DNA from: Dipteris shenzhenensis
Taxonomy: Eukaryota
Assembly (NCBI GenBank): GCA_047967505.1
Contig: CM106538.1
Direction: 5' to 3' (one strand)
DNA length: 64,000 bases
In this document: one piece after another, positions 26,624 to 39,800 of the stretch
Layout of the letters: each line of letters opens with the position of its first letter
How positions within the stretch are numbered: the stretch's first letter is position 1
Translations under genes and position numbers: made by a program
The notes under the pieces: generated by a model
Told to the model about the DNA's origin: nothing
Database searches by the model: none
The model's input: only the letters and a program-made list of their open reading frames with translations

Positions 26624-29600
26624 GAAGCTTTTATACCAAGAGACCACACTATATTATCCTCCCTTATATGAGAATGAAGATGGTAACATCCCAAGTGATG
26701 CAGTACTTCAAGAATAGGGAGAAGGAAAGGATCAGTGGAGGCCATAATCTCAGCAAGCCGGTCCGTGCCAAAGAGAAGAGCAATACATTGTTAAAAGAAG
26801 ATCTTGCGGCTCAACATGACATGAACTAATATATATGGAGCAGTTTGAAGGGGCTGATTGGGTTGGATGGGTAGGTTCCGGGGAAACATGCACCTCCTTC
26901 ATAGATACCTTTACAATTAGCTCAAAACACTCTGCAAACTATCATTAGATACAGAGGCCTACAACTTTTAGTAGAGACATGATATCAAATATTCAAGCAC
27001 ATATCAAGATGCTCCTTGAAATGGGATTTACTCTTATATAAGAAACAGAGAAGCGATCAGAAAGATATGGGCAGTTTACTAGGCAGGGGTAAAAACTGTT
27101 TGAAAAGAAACAGTCACACACAGAGAGTCATAGATTTTTGGTTTAACATCTAATATAATAATTGAAGACCTAGGATGATGCTCCTCGAAGAGATCTTTAC
27201 ATTGATATAAGTTTCGTCCAAATCGGACCACCAAGCAAAACATTATGAGCAAAATACTAACAGGGGGTCAAACTATCATGAAAAACACCTACTCCTTCTA
27301 CTGGTGCCGACTTGGGAGAATACTACCTCCATGCTTAGACTTCATCAACGATCCAAGTCCCATAGAGGTCACCTAGGAGAGAAGGAAGAGCTCCTTTTGT
27401 GGCTTGGGAAATGGATAAGCCATGTATGTGCAATGAGCGACCGAATAGACAACACTTTTGAGCACTTTGGAAGAGAAAACAATTGAAAAAGGGAAGAGAC
27501 ACTCGAGAGAGAACCGGAAGTGACCTTCAGTACCAATAGAGTGAGACTCCACTCCAATGCAACTCAAAATACCACAAACACAAGGGAGAAGAAGAGGTTT
27601 CATATGTACAAGAGGGAGAGGAAGCTCCAAGACTACTCATAGAGAGAGAATAAACTAGAGAGAGATGGACTCAAGAGTCTACATGAGAGAATATCTATAA
27701 GAGGGAGAGAAGGCTCATGGAAGAGGCTTGAGGAGACTAGAGCTACAGCAACATGAGGCTTAATGGTGGAAGAGATGTTGAACAAGGGAGAGGAGGGCTC
27801 CTTTTATAGAGATTTTATCACCCTCCTTCACCCATTTACAATTGCTGCCTGTAGATTCCTTTCCCCATCAATCACATAAGCCCATATGTCACCATCCATC
27901 CTTTTTGGCTACTCTTTCCATGTGTCCCATCCTCGTCCCATCAAAAGGTGCTCAAGACTCTTAAAATATTGAGAAAGTCAAGAGTCTCCCCACATGGAGC
28001 CCATAGGGACCCTCTCCTTTCCATATGTCCACATCCTCCTTATTCCACATAGGAATTTTAGAAGGATTCCTCTTGACTCCACACTCCTCCACATGCCTTC
28101 CACATGCTTGGCATGTGGCCTCTCTTATATTATTGAAACACATGGACATGAGCCCACCTCTTTATATGACTCACTCTTGCTATTTTCTAAGAACCCCATA
28201 ATATCCCATACACAACTCTCACTCCATACCAAGGTATTTATCATTGATACACATGGTATTTACAATGATCCATTCCACTCATCCTCTCAATCCCATAAAA
28301 TATCTTAGAAAATAGAAATAAGTGAGAGCCACTAGGCTATCACTTGATACTCAAACTCGTATCAAACGTAGAAGAAAACAATACCAATGCCAAATAAGAA
28401 ATATTAATTTTTAACGTCACATATTTCCCCCCCAGCAGATCGTCTCTAGTGACAGAGAGGGTCTGCTGGCCCTCAAGGTGTTCGAGCATAGAAGAATTTA
28501 AGGCGATACTCATTGGTGCATCCGAGTCTCACCATGCCATCAACATCCTCAAGCTGATAGGTTCCATTCGTCAACTTCTTTTTGACTCGATATGGTCCCT
28601 CCCATTGGCCGATAAGCTTTTTGTCTAGCTGCTTGTCCAAATGGCTAGCAAATTTCATGACCAAATCTCCTTCTACAATATCTTTCTTCTTGTAGAATTT
28701 GGTGTCAAAATGGGCCTTGCGCCTTTTTTTAGAAGCTTCCAAGTTTCATAAGGCTTGTAATCTACATTCATACAAGGTTTCTAGCTGTACCAAGTGTTCA
28801 GCATAGGCATCCTCCTATCATTCCTTTCCTGCAAGAGTAGTGCGAAGACTATGTATCTCCAATTCAATGGGCAAAATGGCTTCTATTCTCAGGGGGGTCA
28901 CTCATCATATGTAACCCTATCACGTGAGTTCAACAGAAGGATATTTTTTATTTGTAAAATTTACATAAATAAATATACATAAGGGACTATTTAAAATAGT
29001 TTTGGAAAAAATTTACAGATTTGTATAGAAAAGGGGTACATTTTATTAATGAAAAAATTTACAAATAAGGGATTTTAAATATAGGCCTTGAACGCACGTG
29101 ATATAGAGGGTTTATACATAGTGACCCCCCCGAGCTTCTATTCCATACATTAGTTGGAATGGTGTAAACCCAATAGCTAGCTTGTGTGTGGTTCTATAAG
29201 CCCATAAAACCTGTACCAGGTGCCTATCCCAATGCCTTTTCTTGATGTCTACAAACTTTCCCATTGAATTGCACAACAATCCATTTGTTTTCTTAGCCAA
29301 GCCATTACATTGGGGATAGTATGGCATGGACATGCTATGATTTATCTTTAGCTTATGCACCACATCTTCAATTAGTTCATTTCTAAAAGAGGTTCCTCCA
29401 TCAGTGAGAATTTCCAAAGGACAACCAAAGTGTGAACAAATTTGATCAAAGAGAAATTTTGCAACTGTGCTTGCCTTGCTATTGGCTGTGGCCTTGGCCT
29501 CTGCCTACCAAGTCGCATAATCTATGGCCACCAATAAATAATGCTTGCCCTGAGATGAGCGAGGGAATGGTCCCACAAAGTCCAACCCCGCGATCTCAAA

Positions 29601-29660
29601 TGGTCCATATGCTGGAATCGGCTTCAAGGGTTGGTGAATCGAAAACATCATCAGTAGGCA
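26624..29660 (-). mobile_element. Minus-strand 3' part of the same gypsy family: integrase (28473-29660), PPT 28422-28436, long LTR from 28421 leftwards (up to ~1.8 kb)
   Basis: PFEIAGLDFVGPF, WEGPYRV; LTR starts TGTGACG at 28421 and is the inverted copy of 25281-26028. Confidence 0.85.
28888..29134. mobile_element. 247-bp MITE with 15-bp TIRs and an 8-bp TSD (hAT-like)
   Basis: TIRs CTCAGGGGGGTCACT / AGTGACCCCCCCGAG; TSD CTTCTATT at 28880-28887 and 29135-29142; the empty site is visible in the paralogous integrase at ~26189. Confidence 0.92.
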
Positions 29661-29661
29661 C

Positions 29662-32600
29662 AAGGATAGATTGGGGATTGTTTCATGTGTTGGTGGCATC
29701 TTGGTGTGAAGAAGAGTTGAGTCTTTGGGTAGTTTTTCACTATAACAATGGAGTGGTGATTCTCAATGCTTTCAACTTCTTTTGCTATGTAAATGATGAA
29801 GAGTACGATATGTTGAAGCTATTATGTGCACTTCCAATTATGACAAGGGTGATTCTTGAATGCATATATACACAATGTTTTCATGGTGCTGGTTGGTCAC
29901 TTATTTTTGAAGATTTTCTTGAGGATCACATTGTGGAGGGTTTTCAAGAAGTGATTATGCATAATAAGTTGGTCTTGGTATACTAAGGCTCTGTGGGATC
30001 TTGTTTGGGATATTATTTGGATCTTGGTGTTTCCTTTTTGTGTTTCATCATGGTGAAGATTCTAGTGTTTCGAGGGACCTAAGGGGAAGAACTGGAGTCT
30101 TATCTTCAGGATTTTAATTGAGAATGCCAGATTTTTGGATGGTCCATGAAGGATCAGGTAGAGATTTTGCCTAATTTTCTTGAAGGTGTAGCCTTGAGTT
30201 GGCATGAGGCCTTGCCGGACTCGACCAAGGAGGACTAGGACCAAGTGGTGGCTGTAATAAAGTAGAGATTTGAGACAGTGGAGTTGCCAAACGCTTTGAT
30301 GTTGTAGTTGGAACGGTTCTATCAACGAGAGGGTGAGATGGTCTCTACATTGGCAATCTGATATGAAACTTTATGGACAAAGTATGAAAGGGTAGCTTTG
30401 CAAGCGGCATTTGCATCATCGGCCCCTCAAAGTCTCGTAGGAATGGAGCACATAAAGATGAGCAAATTTTTTATCTCTTTGGAGCCTCGTCTTTGCTCAA
30501 AAGTAATGAGTAAATATCCAACAACATACGTGGAGGCACTTTGCATTGCGACCAAGAAAGAAGCTTCTCTAATGATCGAATCCTCTTTTGTGTCTTCGAC
30601 AACTTCAACTTCTAAGTTGGAGGTAATGGGCACTCCTCAAGTACCAAAGTCCTATGAGTTAGATCATAATATCTCCCAATTGATGGTAGAGTTTCCTGAT
30701 TTGAAATTGCATTTGATTAATGCACGACAACCTATAGCACTAAAGAGTGAAGATAGGCCTCGAGATAAGAGTGGGGTCACTTGCTATAAATGTAATGAAA
30801 AAGGTCACTATCACCCAAGTGTCCTAGATTGGAAAGAAAGAAGAAAAACAAGTATCCTTGTTAGAAGCTTCTTCAAGGGATGAGGAAAGAGAGGTAATGA
30901 TGCCTAAACGGGGGCGTGGTAAATCAAAAGAAGAAGAAGAAAGCAAGGAAGAAGTAGATGAGGAACATCGAAAAGAGAAACACCGTAGTAAGAAAAAGAA
31001 GGCATTTAGAAGGAGAATTATCTAGTCAGACTTTCCTTTAGGACAAGGCATTGGAAGCTATGAGGTTTTGTCCGACCTTAAAGAAAAGGAAGCTCATATC
31101 ACCTTTGGTTAATTACTTGCTTTGTCTCCAAAACTACGGAAGGAATGGGGAAATCTAGCAAGCACAAGAGAGTCAAAGAAGAAAAAGAAGAAAAGTGCCA
31201 TTTCTGTTGTTCAAAGGATAGATATAGATGTCGGTGATGATGTACCTATGGTTGATGTGATCATTGATGGTTAAGTGATTTCCAATGTGTACATTGATGG
31301 AGGTGCATCAATTAATGTCATGAGTGAGAAGACCATGATAGATGCTCATTTAAAATACTCTAGTACTACCTCTCCTTATCGCATCCAATTGGCTGACAAC
31401 ACTAGGGTAAAGACCTTGGGATTTGTGAAGAATCTAGAAGTGGATGTATGTGGAATTTTTGTGCTGACTACTTTTCAAGTGATCCCTACCAAGCCAGATG
31501 CATGTGCCTATTCATTGATTTTGGGAAGGCCTTGGCTACGCAAGGTGAAGGCTGTTCAAAAGTGGGACCCTAGAGAATTGATTTTGCAAGGAAATGATAA
31601 GAAGGTGCACTACAACATTAGAAGTTGCAAAAAGGAAGTTGTCAAGGAGTCGTCTTCAACATTAGAGAGTTTGAGCTCTGACTTAATCGATGAAGAAGAA
31701 GAGACAGGGTGTAGCTTTGACGAGTCTAGCTTAGAGGGTGAGGTGGAAGTCTTAGTGCTGATCGGGATGAGTCAAGAGGGAACAAGGTGGTGGTACAAGA
31801 AGATCCTATAGAGACACTTCATGTGGAGGATGTGGAGTGCACTAAACGACGCCAATGTAATGAAGAGCTTCTTGGTGATTCTCTATCAGGTAGTGAGAAG
31901 CTCTAGTACTTGGATATAATAGATGATTTCCCATATCTCTTTGCAACAAGCTATTCATAGGCTCGACCAGTCTCTCTTATGGAGCACAAGATTGAGTTGA
32001 AGCCAGAAAGCAAGCTAGTTGTGCAATGCTTAAGGCGATTGGGAGTGATCAAAGCTGAGGCACTAAAGAAAGAGGTAACACAACTACTTGAGGTGGGATT
32101 CATCTCTCCTCTTGATGATTCAAAATGGATATCTCCTATAGTTGTCACACCAAAGAAGGAAATAAGTGGTGGGTTTGTGTGGAATTTCATCCTTTGAATG
32201 CATGCATTAAGAGGGATCATTTTCCTTTGCCATTCCAAGAAAAAAATACTAGAACAGGTGGCAGGGCATGAGATGTATTCTGTATGTGATGGGTATTTTG
32301 GATACTTTCAAATTCGTATTCGGGAGGAAGATAAAAAGAAAACATCATTTGTCACACCTTAGGGAGTTTTTGCTTACAGAGTGATGCCTTTTGGGTTGAC
32401 CAATGCACCACCTACATTTCAAAGGTTTATGAGTTAAGTGCTCGAACCTTACTTGGGAAAGTTCATAAGGGTTTTTTTGAAAGATTTTTGCATTTATTCT
32501 CGATGCATAGATCACATGGAGAAGTTAAATATGGCCTTAGCTAGGATTGATGAAGCAAAAGGGTGTCTAAATCCTAGCACGTGTCATTTGGCTCAAACAA

Positions 32601-32716
32601 AAGTAGTTGACTGGGGCATATTGTGTCTGCAGAAGGCCTGCAAGTGGATCCTGACAAGGTTCAAGCAATCATGGCATTGCCAAGTCCTGAGAGTGTCACT
32701 AGTGTTCACAGAATTC
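29662..32716 (+). mobile_element. Second copy of the gypsy internal region (gag, protease, RT), truncated
   Basis: Colinear direct paralog of ~20950-23966; IDGGASIN at 31275, RT at 31979-32716. Confidence 0.88.
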
Positions 32717-33307
32717 GACAACATGAGCAGTATACACTTGGCAAATAACCCAGTCTATCATGCTAGAACAAAGCACATTGAGGTGCATTATTAATATGTA
32801 TGGGAGAAGGTTTTACTAGGTCTTATTGATCTAGTTTATGTCAACACAGAGGATCAGGTAGCTGACATATTCACGAAGGCATTGGGTGCAAGGAAGTTGC
32901 ACAAGTTCAGAGACTTGCCTGGAGTGTAGGAATTGTGATTGAGCTCGAGGGGGAGTGTTGAGATATCGAGCTCCACTCATGATATGCCAAGGTGACCATT
33001 GTGCATTTATGTCACCGACTTGTTAGCTCCAGATGCAGTTGGTACACCGCCCATGAATAATAGCTGGATGACAGCTATCCTTATATACTCTAGTTCGTGG
33101 CTTAGTTAATTTGCCACCTTAGTTAGTTGAGTTTGGTTTGAGACCCACATATAGGGTTCTTCTATTTCTTTGTACTAGAGTTCTTTTGGCTTACACAACT
33201 AAGAAGAGGAAAATTGTTTTCAGCCTCCACCTTTGTGTGAATTCCCCCATTGTGTATGTGAGAAAGCCACAAGTGAGACTCCTTCCTTCTCTCCCACTAT
33301 CTTCACA
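32717..33307 (+). mobile_element. Copia family B 3' end: RNase H C-terminus, PPT, 3' LTR 32956-33307
   Basis: DNMSSIHLANNPVYHARTKHIEVHY; PPT gagggggag; LTR TGTTGAG...TCACA. Confidence 0.92.
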
Positions 33308-34900
33308 CTCCTTAAGTTGCTGAAAAGATTCTTGTTGCTCCACACCCCACTAGAAAGAACACAAGAATCTTGAGCATATAATAGCTCATAAACAATCTTA
33401 AAAGGACCAACCCTCATGCTATCGCATCCATCTTTACAAGTGAGGGTTAGAGACACGGCACTGCATGAGGTTGTTCATCAAGGCAAACAAGAATGCCATG
33501 ACAAATGTCAATAGTTGGAGAGCTTGCACATCACCTTCAGCTTCTTCTAGTTCTTGTAATCACCATGCTATTTCTTCAAGGGGTGTGTAGTTTGGCATCC
33601 TTCTTTTGAGCAATGTCCTTGAGGACCTTTCTGATGATCTTTTGAATTTGGTAAACTCGTATCAAATATGCCCAACACTTAGTTTCATGATGACCACAAC
33701 CTTTGCATTCCTTACAAATGATCACTCTATCTTCGTGGCTTGCGGCTTTGTTGGGGCGGTGCTTCCACTCACTTCATGCGTGATTGAAGTACAAGCTTCA
33801 TGTAACAAGGAATCAGCAACTATATTTTGAGCTCAAGGGATATGCTGAATTTTTACCTCTTCAAATTTTGGCAAAGTTCCAATGCTTGTTGATGTCGTGG
33901 AACCAAGCCTTCCCTCCACATCTTCCACCTTCCACTAACTTGTTCACACACAAGTTGAGAATCTCCTTGCACCTCAAGTTGCTTGATGTGATGTCCTTGT
34001 GCCTTTTGTAGCCCAAAAATGAGTGCCAAGTATGCAGCTTGGTTGCAAGTTCTTGCTGGGGCAAACTTACTATAACAATACACCGCACCCCCTGGTGAAG
34101 TGAGCTTCACACCTACACCAACAGCCTTGGTTGAAGGTTTGTATGTGCCGTCAAATTGGAAGAGCCAAGATGTCATCACACCAAGACTAAAATCCAGACA
34201 TCCTAAGTTTCTCGATAGTCCAAGATAGGTAGAAGGAGAGGGTGGGGAGAATTCAATACTTGAGCAAGACGTTCGGCACCAAATAAACTTGCAATCCTTT
34301 GTTGATAGTCTATCTTTAGACCAAAAAGAATTACAACTTGAAGCTCAAAATGAGGCACAAAAGGTTGATTGGGTATAAAGGGATTCCTTGGTCGAAACAT
34401 TACCAACCATAGCCAAGCCCTAGAAACCTTGTAGTGAGATTGAGAAGAAATCATTCAAGTCGAGCTTATCCATAGGAAATAATAAGCAGATGCACCAAAT
34501 CTCCCCCAAAGCTTGGGGAGCATCCCACCCTTCAAAGAATGTCACCCTTTTAATTACCTCCGATGCAGCAAGTAGTTGATCACCGCACAATGAGTAGAAT
34601 TGAAAACCCAGTATATCACTAGTTCTTCACCTTAAATCATCCATGGTGTATCATCCCACCCATCGTCTCCTTGAACAATGCATTGTACAATCAGTTGTTG
34701 AAGATCGACATGAAGATCAAGAAAGAGATCTCGCCAATTGGTAGCCATAATGAACGGAGGACCAAGCACCAAATCCTTGAACTCATCGAGAAGTGACATA
34801 AATATCCAGCCTTCTCGTGTGGCGTGCATCCAAGGAGTGAACTTAAAAAAGTTCAGAATCTACAATCTAGTATCAGATATGAATAGAGCACATGAACTGA
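33308..34900 (-). pseudogene. Divergent gypsy remnant with an aRH domain (33853-34179) and a GPF integrase tail (~33400)
   Basis: WLFQFDGTYK..GVGVKL..TCNQAAYLALIFGL..LEVQGDSQLVCEQVSGRWK; RT-linker-like text at 34632-34829; VGPFKIV. Confidence 0.7.
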
Positions 34901-36691
34901 AGTACTCACTACGGTTAGAGAGTTACACCATGAGATTTCACCATATAAGCAATATCTTTACACTTTCATCACTTCCTATTTGCTGGCCCATTGGTAAGTC
35001 TTCCTTTTGTGAATGGGGAGATCTTGGGTTCAATTCCCACTCCTTAATAAAAAAAGAGGAGAGGAGAGGAGAGGAGAAGAGAAGAGAAGAGAAAGAGAAG
35101 AAGAGGATAGGGGCAAGAGATCTTTTGCAAGAGCCCAAAAAGTCAGTCCTCGATGCGCAAGTGTGCTAGAAGATGCAGGAACCTAAGAAAACAATCGCGA
35201 TCTGTTCGTGATGTGCAGATGTGCCAGAAGACACAAGAATTTAGAAAACAATCACGATTCGTGATCTATCCACGATGAGTAGATGCGCTAGCAGCGACCG
35301 GGGGCATGCGGGTGTTGCAGATGCATAGGAGTGATTTTGCAAGTGCGGTCAACCAAAAGATGCGTGGCACTACACAAAAGACATGCAGGAACCCAAAAAA
35401 TGTACAAGGGGCCGCAAGCTGAAGGGGTAGAAACTGAGAAGTTCTGCAGCCATAGAGACGGAGAATTGCGAGTAGAAGATATGCGGATTGTAGGCGTGGA
35501 AGCAAAGAACCACACATGGAAGGTACTGCAGAACTACACCTAGCCATAGGAGTAACAAATTTTACACCACTAGCTATTGAGATCTTGATCCCAACAGCCA
35601 CACCAATTCTATTAACTAGAAAAGAATTCGAGGCATGATGCTAGATGCAAGGCATGGCGACACTCGAGGGCCATAGAGGAAAAGGGAACGTGAGGGATGG
35701 GAATGAAGAGAGGGACTATGCCATAAGGGGAAAGGGAGAGGGGGAAGAGGAGCATGTACATGATGGGAGGTGGAATGTAGAGATGGAGACATCAAGGAAA
35801 GAGAGTCATGCTTTATTTGAAAGGAAGGATGGGGGGGGGGAATCAAAGTACTAGCTAGGTGGCTTTACAAGAATGGGCGTGTTCCATCAAGGAATAGCCC
35901 CCTCCTTTTGTAGCCAAAAGAGGGGGTCTCTCCCAATAAATGCATCCTCCCACATGCATGGTGTGTGTGGAAGAGTGTCCCATGTGGGCTAGGCGGTTAT
36001 GCACTCTCAATTGTGTGCGACAACCCTTTGCCTCATTTTTCCACATACATCAACCCCCATATCCCAAGTCTAAGATACTCCCTTGGTCTCTTTCCAATTT
36101 TATAATACGTTCAAACATCTAAGAGAACAAGTGGAGGGTTGGCACAAGGAATCTTGCCACCTCATCCTACTTTTCCATTATTTAACTTGCATTCTTGGAC
36201 TTCCTACACCCCCCCACATGGGCCTATCCTACATGGAGGGAATAATCCAATATACTATTCATCTCCACCTATTTTATATTACTTCTCCCATGGTCCTTGG
36301 GCCATATCTCACTAAATGTAGGCATAGGACTGCCTAGGTGGAGGGGTGGTGCATGGAGAACCCATGCCACCTTATCATTTTATATTATTACTACCATGGA
36401 TTATGTACAACACACCTTATGGATCCTCTTACATGGAAGGGTGGCACATGGTCATGCCCTACCACCTCATCCCTGGGCCTTATGCACACCATATTTTATT
36501 ATAATATTGCCACACATACAAGCACACACACATATTTATGCCTTTTACTTTGGTCAAATTTATCCATAACAATGTATGGGCAGTATGGTTGCATAGTGGA
36601 ATGACGAGCTATTGTATGCACTGTACGAACTACATGGAGCCCTTGGTTGGATCATAGGTAGCACGACCATATGAAATTCATAGGCTGGTTA

Positions 36692-36699
36692 TGTGTGTG

Positions 36700-36732
<33 letters not shown>
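36692..36732. repeat. (TG)n microsatellite
   Basis: About 20 TG units with one interruption. Confidence 0.95.
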
Positions 36733-36846
36733 ACAGACCATCACACAAAGTAGTTCCATTTGGTGCTCTACAGGCTAAAAGCATACGGACTATACAGATA
36801 GTCTGTATGCTAATATTAACTGCTGGCCAAATGGCTGGGTTGTATT

Positions 36847-39800
36847 TCTGAAAAACAGTTTTCCTCTTCTTAGTTGTGTAAGCCAAAAGAACTCAAGTAC
36901 AAAGAAATAGAAGAACCCTATATGTGGGTCTCAAACCAAACTCAACTAACTAAGGTGGCATACTAACTGAGCCATGAACTAGTGTAGATAAGGATAGCTC
37001 TCATCCAGCTATTATTCGTGGGCGGTGTACCAACCGCATCTCCAGCTAACAAGTCAGTGACATAAATGCACACAACAGTCACCCTGGCATATTGCGAGTG
37101 GAGCTCAATATCTCAACACTCCCCCTCGAGCTCAATCCCAAATCCTGCACACCAAGCAGGTCTCTGAACTTGCGCAGCTTCTCTGCACCCAATGCTTTCG
37201 TGAATATGTCAGCTACCTGATCCTCTGTGCTGACATAAACTAGATCAATAAGACCTAGTAAAACCTTCTCCCGCACATAGTGATAATGCACCTCAATGTG
37301 CTTTGTTCTAGCATGAAAGACTGGGTTCTTTGCCAAATGTATACTGCTCATGTTGTCACAATAAATGACAACCGGCCCATTTGTAGACTGATGCATATCA
37401 TAAAGTAGCTTATGCAACCAAGCTACCTCACATGCAGCCATTGCTGCACCCCTGTACTCAGCCTCTGTGCTCGACAAGGCAACTGTAGGCTGTTTCTTGC
37501 TGCTCCAAGTGACTGCAGCACTCCTAAAAGAGAACACATATCCACTCGTAGATCGTCTATCTAAAATGCTACCAGCCCAATCAGCATCAGTGTATCCATG
37601 CAACTGTATCTGAACCCCAGCCTCATAAAATATTCCATACTGCAATGTGGACTTCACATACCTGAGTATGCATCTAGCCGCATCCAAATGCGGTTTCCTT
37701 GGAGCCTGCATAAACTGACTTACCAACCCAACAGCATAGCTCAAATCTGGCTTGGTAATAGTCATGTAAATCAAACTTCCTACTATGCGTTTGTACATAG
37801 TAGGGTCCTCCAGAAGCTCACCTGCATCTGCGCTCAGCTTCACATTCTACTCCAAAGGAACTAAAATAGGCTTACAGCGTGTCATCCCATATTTGGACAG
37901 CATGTCCAATCCATACTGCCTCTGTAAGAGCTGTATCCCACTTGGTGATCTAATCACCTCAATGCTCAAGAAATAACGCAGCTCTCCCAAATCCTTCATC
38001 TCAAACTTCTGCCTCAATAGCATTTTCACATGAAGGATATCTTCATCACTATCACCTGTGATGATCAAATCATCAACATAAATGACCAGCAGCATAATCC
38101 CTTTCTCTGTTTCTCTCACATAGAGTGAGAAATCTGCCTTGGAAATCTAAAAGCCAATAGTGACAAGATACTGTCCTATCTTGTCAGACCATGCTCTAGG
38201 TGCTTGCTTCAAGCCATACAAGGCTTTCTTCAACCTGCAAACAAACTCGGGATGAATAGCATGAACATAACCTGCTGGCTGCTCCATAAAGACCTCTTCT
38301 TGCAAATCACCATGCAAGAAGGCATTCTTTACATCCATCTGATGTAAAGACCATCCCTTTGATGCAGCCATAGCAATGGCTACTCTTAGAGTTGCCATCC
38401 TTGCAACCGGGCTGAAAGTTTCTTCATAATCAATGCCATATGTCTGTGCATACCCCTTGACAACTAATCTTGCCTTGTATCTATTCACAGAACCATCTGC
38501 ATTGTGCTTGATCTTATAAACCCACTTACAACCAATTGCATTCTTGCCTTTAGGCAAAGGCACCAATTCCCATGTAGCATTAGCATCCAAGGCATCCATT
38601 TCTTCATCCATGGCTTTCTCCCATTTTTCATTTCCCATGGCTTGCTCAAAAGAAGTGGGTTCTGGTTCCTGTATCACTTTGACCATATAGGCATAGTGAA
38701 TGGCTGTAAATCCATCATATTTCAGCCTATCCATAGGATACCTAACCCTGGTAGACCTGTGCAAAATAGGCTCACTTCCAGGTGCTCTCAAAACATCCCT
38801 GGTCTTCCTTACTCCAGGTGTAACAACGGAAGGAATACCCAACTCATCATCAATGCTCTGTTTTGAGCCACTGGATTCACCATCCACACAAGAGTGACCT
38901 GCATTCACATCATACATGGGCTGATCTACCTTCTCTTTTCCTTTTCGTGATACCTGTGTACCACTCTCTGCATTGCTTTGAGGGGATTCTCCTGATCTCA
39001 ATCTCCCTGTCCATGGCGAAGTATGTGAACCACTGGTAGAGGACACTCCAGGTCCACTGATATTTTGTGATTGCTGCTGTGCATTCTGTGCAACATTACC
39101 ATTTTGTGCATCTACATCAATCATCACATTTACTGGTTTATACCAGCTGCTCATCTCATCAAAAACAACATCTCTGCTCACTGTGAACTTACGTGTAGAA
39201 GGGTTATAGCATCTATACCCTTTCTGCTGCAGTGAATAACCAATAAAGATGCACTTCTCACCTTTTGGAACCAACTTGGATCTCAACTCATCTGGCACAT
39301 GGACATAGGCAATGCAACCAAAAATCTTCAAATGAGAAATATCTGGTTTCCTACCAGTATACATCTCCTCTGGCGTCATGCCATGTATTGCTGTAGTGGG
39401 AGTCTTGTTTATTATATAGACTGCTGTAGCAACTGCTTCAGCCCAATAATAATCTGGTAGATCTTTTTCATTTAGCATAGCCCGAGATACCTCTCCAATA
39501 TGCTTGTTTTTTCTTTCTGCAATTCCATTTTGCTGTGGGGTATGACTGCATGAATATTGCTGCTTTATACCATGCTCCTGCAAGAACCTTGCAAACTCAT
39601 TTGAGAGGTACTCTCCCCCTCCATCTGACCTTAGGCATTTTATTTGCAGGCCTGTTTCTTTTTCCACCATAGCTTTGAAAGCTTTGAAGTGCCCAAACAC
39701 TTCACTTTTCTTTTTCATAAAATACACCCACAGTTTTCTGCTGAAGTCATCAATAAATGTGACAAAATAGTGATAGCCTCCAATAGATGCAGCTTTTGTA

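Noticed and set aside
15864-33307. B LTRs at 15864 and 32956 as the two ends of one element with nested inserts
   Set aside because: The flanks TTACC and CTCCT do not match as a TSD.
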